A stretch of 59,876 nucleotides of DNA, filler included, from Catajapyx aquilonaris (GCA_000934665.2; 2 parts of 2 records of this genome joined end to end with filler, not necessarily neighbours in it); one strand, 5' to 3'; shown: positions 35,440 through 48,420, counted from the first letter of the whole stretch. Notes: generated by a model from the sequence alone, not told the origin. Program-made: numbers and translations.

Positions 35440-38400
35440 TAGTCTGGTCACAAATCATCCTGTATGCGCAGCAGTGTTTCACGTACACATTATTATTTTG
35501 TCCTTTCACCGAAACCGGCATTTTTTTGAAAAAAATGGTATATTCGCCCTTTCTCTTTAATGCCGACGATATGTTCTCTCCATAAATGATCAGATATTAA
35601 TATTTTCAAAATAGTGGTCTTCACTAATATAATAGCTAAGAATTTACAGCATATAACAAATTCCTTACAAAAACTGTTCAAATATGCCAAAACTCAAATG
35701 TTATCAAAATTCCACCCCAGCCCCGAAACACTTACAGAAAGTAAGTCACAGGTTATCAAGTAAACACGCGTAAGACAGTCCCTCCCGCTAAATGCATGGA
35801 ATATCCTAAATTTCAATGTCCAAAATGTGAACCCGTAGAATTCCCTTGATTACAGCCGTTTTGTGGACCCTGTTTTTTTTTTTACAATTTCAAGGTAATT
35901 AACACACTGGCAAAGATATGTTTGAGATACACACAACCGGTATAAGCCATGCAGTACATATCATTTCAATTCTGGCACGCAATTTTTAAAATGTCTCAGT
36001 TCTCTCCTATTATTCAAGTCAATTGGTCTCTATTACAGCTTTTATTTATTTATTTATTTGCACCATTGAGTGTTGGGGGGGGGGGGGGCTTCTGATTGCC
36101 CAATTTCCTGAGTTTCTCTTTCCCCCCCCCCCCTCTTTCCTTTCCTTCCCTCAAGAACCCGCCCTCTAAGCAACAAACTTAAATCGGGCGTGAAACTCTT
36201 TTTCTCCAGATGCTTCTGGTTGGGAAGGTCAAATTTTCAATGAGGGGGAAAGACCCCTATACAAACGACACACCCTAGGGCCTATACTAGGCATATCCCC
36301 GCGATTTGTGACAAGGAACCCATGTGCCCTCCTGATACCCTTACTGTAAAAGGGATCTCTATATGGAAAATGGCACCATCATAAATACTGTACGTACTTC
36401 CAACTCCTGACCCAGCCAAAATGCTCCTTACAATGATGCCATTCGATGTGTGTACATACAAGGGTGAAAATTATATACAGTAGAAGACCATGAAGAAAAG
36501 CAGAGCCGCGTATTTCAATCGCGCGGGATACTAACGGTATGAAATTTGAATACGCATTACCCCTTGTAGGATCCCCCCCCCCCAACAGTGGACTCTGGCA
36601 GAAAACTTCCTAGCCTAGCTCAATGACACAATTTCGACCAAAATGTGACTGCAAATCAGGGGTTTGAGTATATTTCTCCGCTGTTGCTAACCGGATATGA
36701 GACGAGTAACCTGCAATAATGCTGATCAAGATGTCACTTTTTTTTTTTTTCGCAGCACACAGCAAAATGCTTCTTTCCCACGGGGCACGTGCCATTCGAT
36801 ATGAATGGCGGAACCTCAAAATGAGCAGGTAGATAATAACAAAAGGCCTAAGCTTATATCGTTCTTCCAGGAAGGTTGCAGGTGGTTCATTGAAAATGGT
36901 CAGCCTACAACAACTATATCTCATAATCATCCATGACAGGACTTGCCGTTCTGTATTTGAAAGCCACCTTTGTGTTCTCCCGACCCAAAAGCCTTGCCCA
37001 AAGCCTCGGAGTCATTTTCAATCTAGGGTGAAAAAGACTCCAGAAGGGCAGAATGCCACTATAATTTAGGGTTCGGGTCTGATCTGTGTGAAAACCTCAT
37101 CCATGCACCGTTGTGCCCAAGGGCAACTAATGGTCACTGGGCACCATCGACATAATTTATATATGTCCCGGCGAAAGTTTCGTTTCAACCATGACCGACA
37201 TCGCATCATGTTTCCAAAGACGCAGATTGTGGGAGAACACAAGGGTAGCAGTTTTTCTGGGGGTTTCAGGGGAAAACTTATGACCAAATTCGAGGTCACA
37301 GGATCCTTTCTTTTTGTTAGGGGCTCTTGGGGTCACATACCGACCTAAGTACATCCCGAGCTTGTATGGCGCCGAAAAGACTTCTGACGTCAATTGCAGG
37401 TGCTTCTGGAAGGGACAGTCTGGGAGTTAATCCTTTTCAAAATAAATCNNNGGGGGGGGGGGGCAGGACATGGTGCACGGCCGCTGGAATCTCTCTCAAG
37501 CGGCCGTGGACTGGTGCACGTGGAGGAGTGTCAGGAGAGTGTGAATTGCCTCGCGAAGTAGTTTATATCCCGAAATACTCGAACGAAAATCGATTTCTCA
37601 ATTTTTTTGGTAGGACTTTCACATCTTATAATGGGGCTGTTTGTGCATAGTTTGTTTTCCCACTAGCTTTTCGTAACAAGATTTCCCATGTTCTAAAAAT
37701 TAGAGGAAAAGCCTCAACAGAAGTTGAGACACCCTGTATTATATCTCATTATATTCTCAGAAAAAATGCCCATCATACTCTCCTACGGGAGCATAACATG
37801 TCGATGCCAGCCGGGGGGGATCAGACACGTGAAAAAGTGCTTCTTATGCATAATTTAACTGTCACAATATATTTAGTTTTTATGCTGGTTGTGCTGGGGC
37901 GGCACGGAGATGTTTATAAATGTCATGCTGCCCATTAATACCTCTGAAAATATATTAGTGTGACGATCAAAATTATAATTATAATGGTGTGCCGAAAGGT
38001 GATCCTCGTATGTATTAGACGGGCAAAAAGGTACTGCTGGCGGGCTCATTGAAATACTAAATAAGGCCCTAAATTAATCCATCTCGAATCGCAATTAATT
38101 TCACTTGCTAGGCCTATTCGCATTAGTTATATCGCCTTTGTCTTGGTGTATAAAATTTGGGTTAAAAGAAATTGCAATTTTGTCAAGCACATGCAAAGCC
38201 TTAACAAAAGAAACTTTACATGAAAACCGTTTGCTTCTTCCATTGAGGGGAAAGGTCAAATGACACCCACGGGCAGTCGGCGGACTGAACACGATTGGTA
38301 CCTAGTCATTAAGTGACCCCTCGACAGAGTTGGCATTCTGGATCTGTAATCCGATACTTTTTGCGGAGAACGTGGCGGTAAACTTCAGTGACGAATACCG

Positions 38401-40550
38401 CACAAAGAGATTTATTGCAGAGAAAGTTCGGAGGACATGGACACATTCCAAGTGATAACAAAAAATGTCGTGATTCAGACTCTGGGTATAGGGTGATGCC
38501 GTGATGGTTGAGCGCAGGGTGAGGGTTTAGAGTTCGATGGTTTGATGCAGCCTGCTTTATTGGTATGTTATATCAAGTGGAGCGATTTTGCATTTATTAA
38601 TATGGGGCGGTGTGCAGGTGGAGAGCGTGGTAGAGAGGATGTGGGGGCACTCTCTTTGAAATGGCCTAATTACTTATGCGACTCTTCTGCGCCAACATTC
38701 GTAATGTCAGCGCAAAATTCTGAGGGGTGCGAAATTTCGTATATAAAAAAATGAAACTAATCCTAGATATATCGTAATGAAAATCGAGCGCCCTCCCACT
38801 CAGACAGTTCATACTCCAGTAAATGTACATGGGTTATCCTATTAGTATTAACTCACTTCCATGGGGTTTCACTAAGTAGAAAAGTTGCAAGTTTGAGGCA
38901 AAAAGTAAGCAGATATTTTAAAAATATACAACTGTAAAGTATGGAGTCAGAGGCCAAAAAAGAGATTAATTCTTTTGTGATTTTCCATGAGTGTGCGTAC
39001 AAGGTGTTTCAGAGTCACGGGTCAAGCGCGTGCGAGGGGGTGGGGAAAAATCGTAGGTGGGGACAACCCCGGTCGGTTTTATAAAACAATCAGAAATACG
39101 GCAGTAATCAATTTATTTATTACGGCCGTACGGTGTGACGTCACATCCCTTATGTATTCGAAATGCGCGGAGTGGCAAATGCAAGGGGTGGTTCCATTTC
39201 AAATCAGGCAGAGGCTGTCAGGGCTTGGTCTCCGATTATTTAGGATAAATTACACGAAGTTCCGCTGTCGAAATGATGAAGAATGACACTGGCTATTTTT
39301 CAGTGTAATTTTTTATTTGCCCTGAAAAAATCATAACCGCTATTTCTCGAAGTTAATTTTTTCTCAACTTTGGATGCGTGTACCAATTTTCCTATACGTT
39401 ACACAAACACCAAATTTAGAATGGAGAAACTGCCTACGTAGGTCTGAATTTTCGATAAAAAAATAATTGCGAATGTATAATTAGCAACCGCGGAAAGAAT
39501 TGACAAAAATGCTGTTTTACGACATTTTAGCAATTTTCGCAATTTCTTTCTTTGCAAAAAAAATATTTGTGGGCAAATGAAACATAGACTTTCAGTACAA
39601 CTCATACCCTCTCTACTTATCAGCTTTGTTAAGCTTTGAAGTCAAAGGTTAACAGTGGAGCCATTGTTGAACATTGTTAACTTCGCAAAGCATGGGTTGG
39701 AAGAAAATAATTTTCTCAAATAACCCACGCGATAATTGAACACCTATTTATTTCTGGGCAGAGGAACATCTGAGCCACACACCAGTGCAAAAATGTCTCT
39801 TCCCCCGAGGTTTATGATCCTGATTTGAATTTTATTACTTACTCGTTTCCGGCGCTCTCCATGGAGCCCACCGACCCAAACCCATGACTCATAGCATCAT
39901 GTACGGTAGGCCCTACATTTGATTAGAACTTCTCTCGTACATGTGATTCATTGCATCATTGCATGATTCCTGCCTTCTTTTTATCAGAAAAAGTATGACT
40001 TTGACCTTATATCGGCAAGTGTTGTAGATCAGTGACACTTGGGAAAATCAAAGCCTTTCCAATATGCAGTGCTTTCCTAGCGTGGGAAGTAGACGCCGAG
40101 TAATCGAAAACAGCATATTTTCCCACCAAAGGTCCAGAAGGTGAAAAATGAGTCTGCTATATCCGGAGTGAATATGCACAGGGCCTTTTGGAAGTATGCT
40201 GGGACAAGCTAATAGCTATACTGCCATATGTGGCATGTGTGTCTTCCTACAACAGATCTCGGTTGTAACAGACTGAATTCCGCAGTCCATTGAAATCTGT
40301 TATATCAGGAGGCTACTGTAGTTGGAGATCTATGTAACCATGTAATGTTATTAATGCATGAAATGCAGTTATTCACGTATACTACTTCACATACAGGCCT
40401 AAAGAACTGCTGTTTTTATCACAATTCACCATGAAAGACTCAGTTTGCCATAAGATGGCAAATGCGATACTTGTGAATACATAAACAATTGTCTAGATTC
40501 GACACTATGAACTCTACAGAGAAGATGAAAGGGTCGTCTTGAAGTACATT

Positions 40551-40826
40551 CTATGCTCTTTCATTTATGTCCAGTTCACATTCCATAAAAACCAAGTCGT
40601 TTCCGCGATAAAAAATGTTTTTGCCCAACATATCCGATTTGGCCGCCATTTTTTCAAGATGGTGGCTTTTGGGGCGACCGGACAGTGGTAGACTTGTTCC
40701 ATCGTTTTCAGCGCCATTTTTTACTATAGAATCAGTTGACACGATTTCTGTTGCAGTTTGTTCTAGGTCCATCAACAATTTATTTGACTGGACTACTAGG
40801 CTCTTGATCCCAGCGGTGTTTGTCAT
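40551..40826 (-). other. Unidentified 91-codon ORF (open a further 36 codons past its TAG), divergent from the orphan gene
   Basis: ATG in AACCATG context at 40826; MTNTAGIKSLVVQSNKLLMDLEQ...NIFYRGNDLVFMECELDINERA*NVLQDDPFIFSVEFIVSNLDNCLCIHKYRICHLMAN*. No family recognised. Confidence 0.3.
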
Positions 40827-41080
40827 GGTTTCAAAATACAGTAGGAAGAAGTTCTTGTTACACATAAGTTAATGACACATGCTGAATCGACACAAAATGG
40901 TAAGATTGTGATCCACAGACAGTCGATTGTGGCACCTTGAGAGTGAACAACAATCCCAACTCACTGCAACAATACTAGTGCAGTCCTTGTTTCGCAGCAC
41001 CAGGCAACAAACATTTACTCTGCCAAACTTTGACAACGCACCTAAATTTTTGTGATACTGGTACCAAAATTGAAATAAGA

Positions 41081-42414
41081 ATGACAAGTCCCAATAACAC
41101 TCAGAGCACCCCAACCGAAACCACTGATGAAACCTCTGGACCCCACACATGCCAGTGTCACCTCTTCCAGGTAAGATACTGTATATCAACAAGCATTGAC
41201 TCCCCTATAGAAGTAGTCGATTCTAGTATAATTGATATTTGTGCTGCAGGACAGTACATCATTAGCCTACATACACTAGCTGAATATATTTATGCATATA
41301 ATAGCTGTATTTCACCTATGAGATTTCATTCACCCATTAAATATTGTCTTACAATTTTGGGTTTTCAGGCCTCCCAGCCAGGGACAATTCCCCCAGCCAA
41401 ACCACCTACTCCAATTGTTCAGTCATACCCAAATGTGAGTATATGTATGCTGTGAAGATAACTTTGTAATAATTTTTAATGCTTGCATCATCATTGCTGT
41501 GCAGTTTAACATTATGTAGGTTACTCAGCTGAATCTATCTATGCATAACAGCTTTATTTACCCTTACGGAAATTTTAAGGTTGTAATGAAGTTGTATGTG
41601 GTTGTTCCATGGTTGCAAGGTTGTATTTTAGGTTGAAATGAGGTTGTTGCGAGGTTGCCAGATTGTTAACAGGTTGCACCTAATACAACCTGGTTATTTA
41701 CAACTCCAGTGAGGTTGTAGAAGGTTGCATTCTGCAACCTTACAACGTTGCAGCGTTAGTTACAACTATGCGACTTCACTTTACAACTATGTGAAGGTTG
41801 TTCCTTGAGGTTGTACAATCCAACGTCAGACAACTTGTATCTCACAGGCTGCGTGGAGGTTGGGTTTTGCATCCTCACAACCTTGCCATTGAGGAACAAC
41901 ATTGCGACCTCACTTTACAACTACGTCAAGGTTGTTTCCTCAGGTTGTACAATCCAACGTCATACAACTTGTATCCCCCCCCCCCGCCGCCACCACCCTC
42001 ACTCCTCCCAGAAGCACATACTCATATCTATGAGAAATTTCATTTGCCTATTAAAATAATATTGTTATGTGATTTATGGTTTTCAGCCGTGGACCACCCC
42101 CACCACACCACCACCCCATCCTTTTGTACCATCCTACAACAACGTGAGTACACTCTGTGAAAATAACTTTTAATATGATATGCAATGATGGAATTGTCCA
42201 AAAATCTAAACAACAGGAGCGACCAGACATTGTTCAGCTATTGACGTACAACTATGAGAAAAGGTACTACAAAGAACTAGAAAAATGGTATCAGGAGAAG
42301 GACATGAAAGTTGAAGCCCAGTCCCTGGCCAGGGCCATCGCCAAAGCTCAAATTGAAGCCCCAACTCCCCCAACCAAGAGGCGCCTGGCACCTGGCACAT
42401 CTAATAGTCAGTGA
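41081..42414 (+). CDS. Predicted 4-exon orphan gene, 136-aa Pro/Thr-rich protein with C-terminal helical segment and NLS-like PTKRR
   Basis: Exons 41081-41170, 41369-41434, 42087-42143, 42217-42414. Donors GTAAGA, GTGAGT, GTGAGT; acceptors TTTCAG, TTTCAG, AACAG. All phase 0 with no internal stop. AATAAA at 42614-42619. Confidence 0.62.
41561..41975. mobile_element. One-ended CACTA/EnSpm-like element (GGTTG/CAACC arrays) in intron 2 of the orphan gene
   Basis: Starts CCCTTACGGAAA; dense AGGTTG/CAACC repeats; ~70-bp direct repeat at 41770-41842 and 41904-41975; the other end was not found. Confidence 0.5.
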
Positions 42415-42682
42415 TGTTCAAGTCGAAGAATAGCCTACAGTTAGGTAAAGATCTGAGTCATCAGTTGTATTTTAACTAGTGAATTGGCTGACACCTAAAA
42501 TAATTTATGCTTTAAAAGTACACTATTATTATCCAATTCTTTAAAGTGACACTTCTTTGCAGAAATGTCCATTGAAATGGTGCTCCATCTTCAGGCTCGA
42601 GAGACTCACCCTAAATAAAAAATTTGGAATGGTCCAACAAATAAATAAATTATGGCAAAGTCCAATTGAGGAATTTAGTGAA

Positions 42683-42861
42683 TGTGATAATGACAGTTAT
42701 TTTTAAGTTTTGAACACCTTTCGTCGCTGGATATATAGGTAGGCTTCCTTATAGACTTCTGTGCTATTAAAAAATCCAAACTTCTCTAACTCGAATCTTC
42801 TATAACTCCCTCGAAGTTTTTCCCCAGTCCCATGGAGATTCGACTTATAGAAGGTTTACTG
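42683..42861. mobile_element. Partial copy of the pogo/Tigger-like MITE
   Basis: Matches ~19765-19938 and ~56173-56300; ends GACTTATAGAAGGTTTACTG-TA. Confidence 0.75.
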
Positions 42862-42863
42862 TA

Positions 42864-43630
42864 GGTTCACATTCAGCCCTGCTCCATCAGGAGGTCGGCG
42901 GTGAGAACCAATATTCAGAGTTGAGGTTTTGTTTCCATCTGAAAATAACAACCAAGGAGGTGTACGACATGCTAAGATTATGAGTAGCAGACACCGGTCA
43001 TACCCGGCCACAAGACGTTGCAACTCTTTGCAAACCTCCACCTGCATCTGCCTCTCCTCTAGTGTCAACAGCCTGGGACCCCATTGCATCAGGCGCAAAC
43101 GCATCGCATGTGAAAATGGTTCAACAGTCAATGCAAAATCGTGTAGGCACTACCACGGGAGATACCACATTCTGGCAAAGTCATCGACTGTTCTGCGGCG
43201 ATCTTCCTGGAAAATCACTGCACAGGTGGTGTTAAAGATCTCCTCGGATGTAAGACTGCAAACTTGTCTCTTTGAAAGCAGACTACCGACCCTTGCTGAA
43301 TGATTTGTACCATCGGAATGCTACAGAACACTTCTTCATCATACCCCTCTCCTAGCATGTCATCTGCCTTCATCACTGTTGTCTTCAAATGAAAGCAAAA
43401 CCTCAAGCAGAATATTGGTCCTCACTGCTAACCTCCTAGCAGAGCAGAGGCAAATATCAACCTAGCTCTACATCCGGTGTCACAGTCGCCTGGGATCGTA
43501 GAATATTCGAACAAAAATTGGTGATCTAATACTTCAATCCATTCTGCACATGATGCCATTCACCGCAAGTCATAAACTAATTCTCTTTATCACAAAAAAA
43601 TCAGTCTCAATTTGTTTCGACTGGCCCTCG
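42864..43630 (-). mobile_element. Second, left-truncated copy of the mariner-derived element at 34494
   Basis: Colinear with ~34662-35439; right TIR TTTGTTTCGACTGGCCCTCG-TA. Confidence 0.85.
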
Positions 43631-44094
43631 TACATTCAGAAAATGTAATTCACATTGGCTGGACCATCTCCGACACCATCGTTTCGAAGTGATGGCCTTC
43701 AAGAACATCAGCCTCCAAAAGTTGTCATCTGAGAGGGTGGCTCTCTTGGCCCTCACTACATCTGTTAGCAGACTTACATTTAGCGAAACTAAACTTAGCA
43801 GAAGCTAATGGTCTGATCATGGTTTACAAAGTTAGCGGAAACGCTAATCAGCTAACCGGAAAGTTAGTTCCGCTATTAGCAGTTAGCAGGTACCGGAACC
43901 CCTGCCCACCACTGATTCCAAGTCATTGTTGTGTCACCCAGGTCTTACAAGTTAGTTGATATAGCAAAGAGTGGCTGAGGCAAGGGATTAGTCATAGGGC
44001 ATACCTGCGACAGAAAAGATGGTATGAGGCACTCTTTATTTAATGCCAATTACATTGTTAAGAAGGTTGCAAAGACCAAATTATCCCTCTAGAT

Positions 44095-44366
44095 CAGTGC
44101 TTCCCAACCTTTTCAGTTGGCTACCCCAAAAAATCGTCCGGTAAAATTCGTCACCCCCTAGATGTGCACATTTTGATCCCCCAACATTTAAAGACAGGTA
44201 CACAGAGAAATGAAAACCATTGATAAATATTGCCGAGTATCTGAATTGTTCTGTAACTGACCCCTTATGGGCATAATTTTCAAGACAGATAGAATCATTT
44301 TGTGAAATTAATTTATATCCCTCCCTTGCGACCCGCAATATTAAGTTCGCAGTTTGGGAAGCACTG
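44095..44366. mobile_element. hAT-family MITE
   Basis: TIR CAGTGCTTCCCAA / TTGGGAAGCACTG; perfect 8-bp TSD CTCTAGAT. Confidence 0.9.
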
Positions 44367-44525
44367 CTCTAGATAACGATATCTCATGGTGACACGGAAT
44401 ATACTCAAGAAGCTTGTCGAAATCATTGTGAAACATCCAGTAGGCTATTTGTCTACACTCTACAGCAGCGTTTCTCAACCGGGGTTCTGCGAGAAATAGT
44501 GACAAATAGGCTAATCATATGTAAA

Positions 44526-45419
44526 GGCATTTTTGAGCCATTAATCGATATTATGTACAGGAGTTGGAAAAAATAATAGGGATACTTGCAAAAGGCAGTT
44601 GAAAGTTCGCGTTGGTTTTATTGGAAAATGGGAAATGTTACAAAGATATTTTACTGAGTTTTGAAGCTCTGTAGATGAACATTTGTCAAGGTATGCAGAT
44701 GGCAAAAAAAATGACGAGATGAAAGGGGAAACGAAAGTTGAACGTCACCTCCTCAGCCACAATTTTCGACCAGTGTCCCACCCTATTCATTTGAAAACGA
44801 AAAGAGTTACAGATATGAACATTACTGTGTTTGTAAGCTCTATCCATGTCACTTTGTGTGGTATACAGATGGCTCAAAAAGCCACGAGAGAGGGTGGGGG
44901 AAAAAGAGAAATAGCAGCCCCCAGCACTAAATCTGAGACAGCTACAGACTGTGCAAAACTTGAATGCATCCACTGCAAGGATTTGGGCTGTATTGAAGGC
45001 AAAGGTGGTCAAACACCATATTATATAATAATTAAGAAATTGTAGTGTACACTAACAATTAACTGTAACATGGGTGTCCATTATCCAACCCACGCCACAG
45101 TTACATGAATATAACTTAAGTGCCCAGTAAAGTAAATATCTGTAACTGCTTTCGTTTGCAAATGAAAATGGAGGGACACTCAGGTCGAAATTGGCAGCTG
45201 GACGGTGTCATTAGAATTTTGTTTACCACCCTCCTCTTGTGACTTTTGTAAAATCTGCATATCTAGACAAATGTACATCAACAGAGCTTCAAAACTCAGT
45301 AAAATTCATATAAGTAACTTTTCCAGTTCCCGTTTTTGAATAAAACAGACACGGAACTTTCAACCTCCTTTAGCAGGTGTCCCTATTATTTTGTCCAACC
45401 TATGTGAGGCTCAAATGCC
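44526..45419. repeat. Old fold-back element with ~150-bp diverged inverted arms
   Basis: TTTTACTGAGTTTTGAAGCTCTGT..ATG.ACATTTGTC (~44649-44687) mirrored at ~45266-45305; AATAATAGGGA / TCCCTATTATT and GGCATTT..GAGCC / GGCTCAAATGCC also pair. Confidence 0.6.
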
Positions 45420-45482
45420 GAAAACGCTCATTGAGCGAAAAAGCTACATTTTCGCGAAATGGTCGTTTTCAAACTAAGCATT

Positions 45483-45486
<4 letters not shown>

Positions 45487-45563
<77 letters not shown>
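45487..45563. repeat. (TA)n microsatellite
   Basis: Uninterrupted dinucleotide run. Confidence 0.95.
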
Positions 45564-45572
<9 letters not shown>

Positions 45573-45722
45573 GTGATAGGGCGGAGCCCACAGACAGGTA
45601 TTCTCTAAGGCGGAGCCCTTTTAGGGGGGAAGGGGAGGTTCCCAAGAGAGGGCGCTGTGCGGTAGTCATTTCTGACATTCTTTAAACGCCAGGCCTTTTC
45701 TCCTGGCTCTGGGCTGAGTTTA

Positions 45723-46050
45723 GGAGGCGAAGTGGCGCTGCGGTAACGTATGCGCCCACGGATGGAAGGGTCCCGAGTTCGACACCAAGCCTGGGCATTC
45801 CCCCCTTTCATCTCATGCGGAGTTCTGGGTCATCTCCGGCTTCGTCTAGGTTGGGATTTCCGATAGACGAACCACCCAGGGGAGATCACAAAATGACCAT
45901 AGTGCTGACATTGCACTGCACATTGCACATCCCCTCCTAGTCACCCTTCCCTTGGACAAGGGCTCTTCATTGTCCAAATTAATGTACATCTTGGAAATAA
46001 AGGTCCGTGTCAAAGCCTCAGCTGATATACGGCACTATACCCTATTATTA

Positions 46051-46101
<51 letters not shown>
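45723..46101 (+). mobile_element. tRNA(Arg)-like SINE with (ATT)n tail
   Basis: A box TGGCGCTGCGG, B box GAGTTCGACAC; core CACAAAATGACC..GACATTGCAC; tail 46045-46101. Confidence 0.82.
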
Positions 46102-46102
<1 letters not shown>

Positions 46103-46104
<2 letters not shown>

Positions 46105-46684
46105 GTATTACCTCTCACATTGCGGCATGCCGGTGTAGGCGAGGTCGACCAGTTTTTAGAAATGCACGATCTGGTGGCTATTCCGGCAAGCTGGTATAGG
46201 GCGAGGTATGCCAGTATAAGGAGAGGTTTTCACATAAGTTACATTATCCTTTCTGAACTTGACATTTGCCTGAAAATCGAAATTCACGTAAAGGCTATCG
46301 AAAAGGCACATTTTCCAAATAGGGTACCCGTACCATATATTGTTTTCAATCGCAGTGTTTGGCAATAATCTCTATTTAAACAGCATGTTAGAGAAGGGGG
46401 TTCCCCTGTCAAAGCAGGCTGACGATGGGATTGGTCATACACTCTACATTTTTTAAATGCACTGTGCAACAGAACTGACATATTCTCACAGCCTGTACAC
46501 TCGCCAATTTTCATTGTAACATTATTTTAGTATGGTACCAGAAGCATTCCAAAAAATTTGGCAAGGATCAAAATTACTGAAATCTACCTCGGTTATTGCG
46601 GCATGCCGGCCACCCCCAGGTTATACCGGCATGCTGGTCGACCTCGTTTTATACCGGGGTGCCACAATATGAGAGGTAATACGG
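46103..46684. mobile_element. Tc2/pogo-like MITE inserted in the SINE tail (partial copy at ~5871-6000)
   Basis: TA TSD; TIR CCGTATTACCTCTCA.ATTG / CAAT.TGAGAGGTAATACGG; the (ATT)n tail resumes after it. Confidence 0.85.
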
Positions 46685-46989
46685 TATTATTATTATTATT
46701 ACTACTACTACTACTACTACCACCACTACTTTGGCTGAGCAGGTGCACACGTGTTGGTTGGATATTTGCTTTCTCATTGGTACTGAGGGATCGAAGAAAC
46801 AGGGGACATGGTCAGGTGATCTTCACTAATTATTGTGTTGAACTTGTTAGTCATTGTCACTCTTCTTGTAGCAGCCTTTGATGATTCAGAATAAGAATAT
46901 TTCACACATTTCAATAAGCATCAGATGTTGCCTTGAGAGTTAAAATATGCATCTTCACTACTCTGGAACATCATATTTCAAATCTTCAA

Positions 46990-47329
46990 GGGAGATGAAG
47001 TGGCGCCGCGGTAACGCGAGCGACCACGGATATTAAGGTCCCGTGTTCAATCCCCACCCGGGGTTCCCACCTTTATCCGTGCAGAGTTGGGCCATCTCTG
47101 GCTTCATTTCGGGTGGCAATTTCCGACAGACTAAGCCACCCGGGGGAGTTCACAAAATGACCAAGCAACGACATTGCACTTGCACTTTGCACATCCCCTC
47201 CTATTCATTCCCCCTTCGCTCGCGGTACCCGGGCGTTACGGAAAAGGACCACTTGTAAAAAGCTTGTACATCTTAAGCAAATAAAGGTACCGTGCCAGAT
47301 GCCCAATTAGGGCGGTGCACTAACCCGAT
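46990..47329 (+). mobile_element. Full-length tRNA(Arg)-like SINE
   Basis: 16-bp TSD TATTTCAAATCTTCAA (46974-46989, 47330-47345). The head GTGGCGCCGCGGTAACGCGAGCGACCACGGATATTAAGGTCCCGTGTTCAATCC resembles tRNA-Arg(ACG). Confidence 0.88.
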
Positions 47330-48420
47330 TATTTCAAATCTTCAAAAGGAAAGGTTACTATGCATTTGAATGTGTGTGTATTTGCCAAATTCTTGCAATA
47401 TTGAGCAATACCCACGCCTTATCACATAAGCATTCATTTATTGAACTCCATCATGTGTGTGCCAGACACCGAAGTGTCTTTTCCACTTCTTCTTGACCTC
47501 TGAATGACCATTCTTGGATGGCTCTAGAGTGCATGTGAGAAGCCTCACAAGTGGAAGTAATTTCTAGGCAAAAACTAAGATAACTGCAATATTCAAAGAC
47601 TTTATTTTCACAAATAGCTTGCAGGCCTGACACAGTGGACTAGGTCTGACTTTCCCTGCCTCATGTAAAATTGCCATTCACACTTTAAATATGATCCCCA
47701 CCCAGTAATAATATGTTGGCACTGCAGCTCAAAACTCCATAAATACTATTCCATTTGTTCAAGTACATTATTACTCCCACTAAGTAGGTTTACGGGCAGG
47801 AATAAGTTCATGGTTATAACTGGAAAAAAGCGCTGGTTCATTTACTTGGGCTGTGTTTGCTTGTCTGCTCCAAGTAAGTTTAGGACGAGGGCCTTGGGAC
47901 TCCCATCGGCACTAGGTCATGGACAACACCAATGGGAGTCCAGGGACAGGGTCCTAACTCAATTCAGAACAACCAAACAGGGGCGTAATGCACGCAGAGT
48001 GCTGCACAACAACTGCTTTTTTTTAAGAAAATCATGGCGCAAAAATTTTGCATATTTTATTACCTTGCAAAAAATTACTGAAACTTCTCATTCCCATTCT
48101 CAATTTAGTTAGCACAATTTGGAAGTATGATTTTTCGGGTTTCAACTGCCCACTTGAAAAATATTAGGCTGAATTATTTTCATGAAGAAGGGATGATGCA
48201 CAATTTCAGAAGGATGAGGAAGTATTAGGAGAGGTTCTAAGAATCGCCAAAAATAGTGAAATTGCCTTTATCCCATATTAATAGATCCCAAAAGAAGTGC
48301 CTTTCAATCCTATTGTAACCAAATGGGCCAACTGAGTTTTGAATTGCAACATTACCATTATGATGGTCGATTTTTATCACCCATGGAAATTTTCCATATG
48401 GAATGTACTAGATAACACCT

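Noticed and set aside
36250..37030. Minus-strand stretch with protein-like fragments (e.g. WCHFPYRDPFYSKGIRRAHGFLV)
   Set aside because: Many stops and shifts and no motif I can name; left unannotated pending a translated search.
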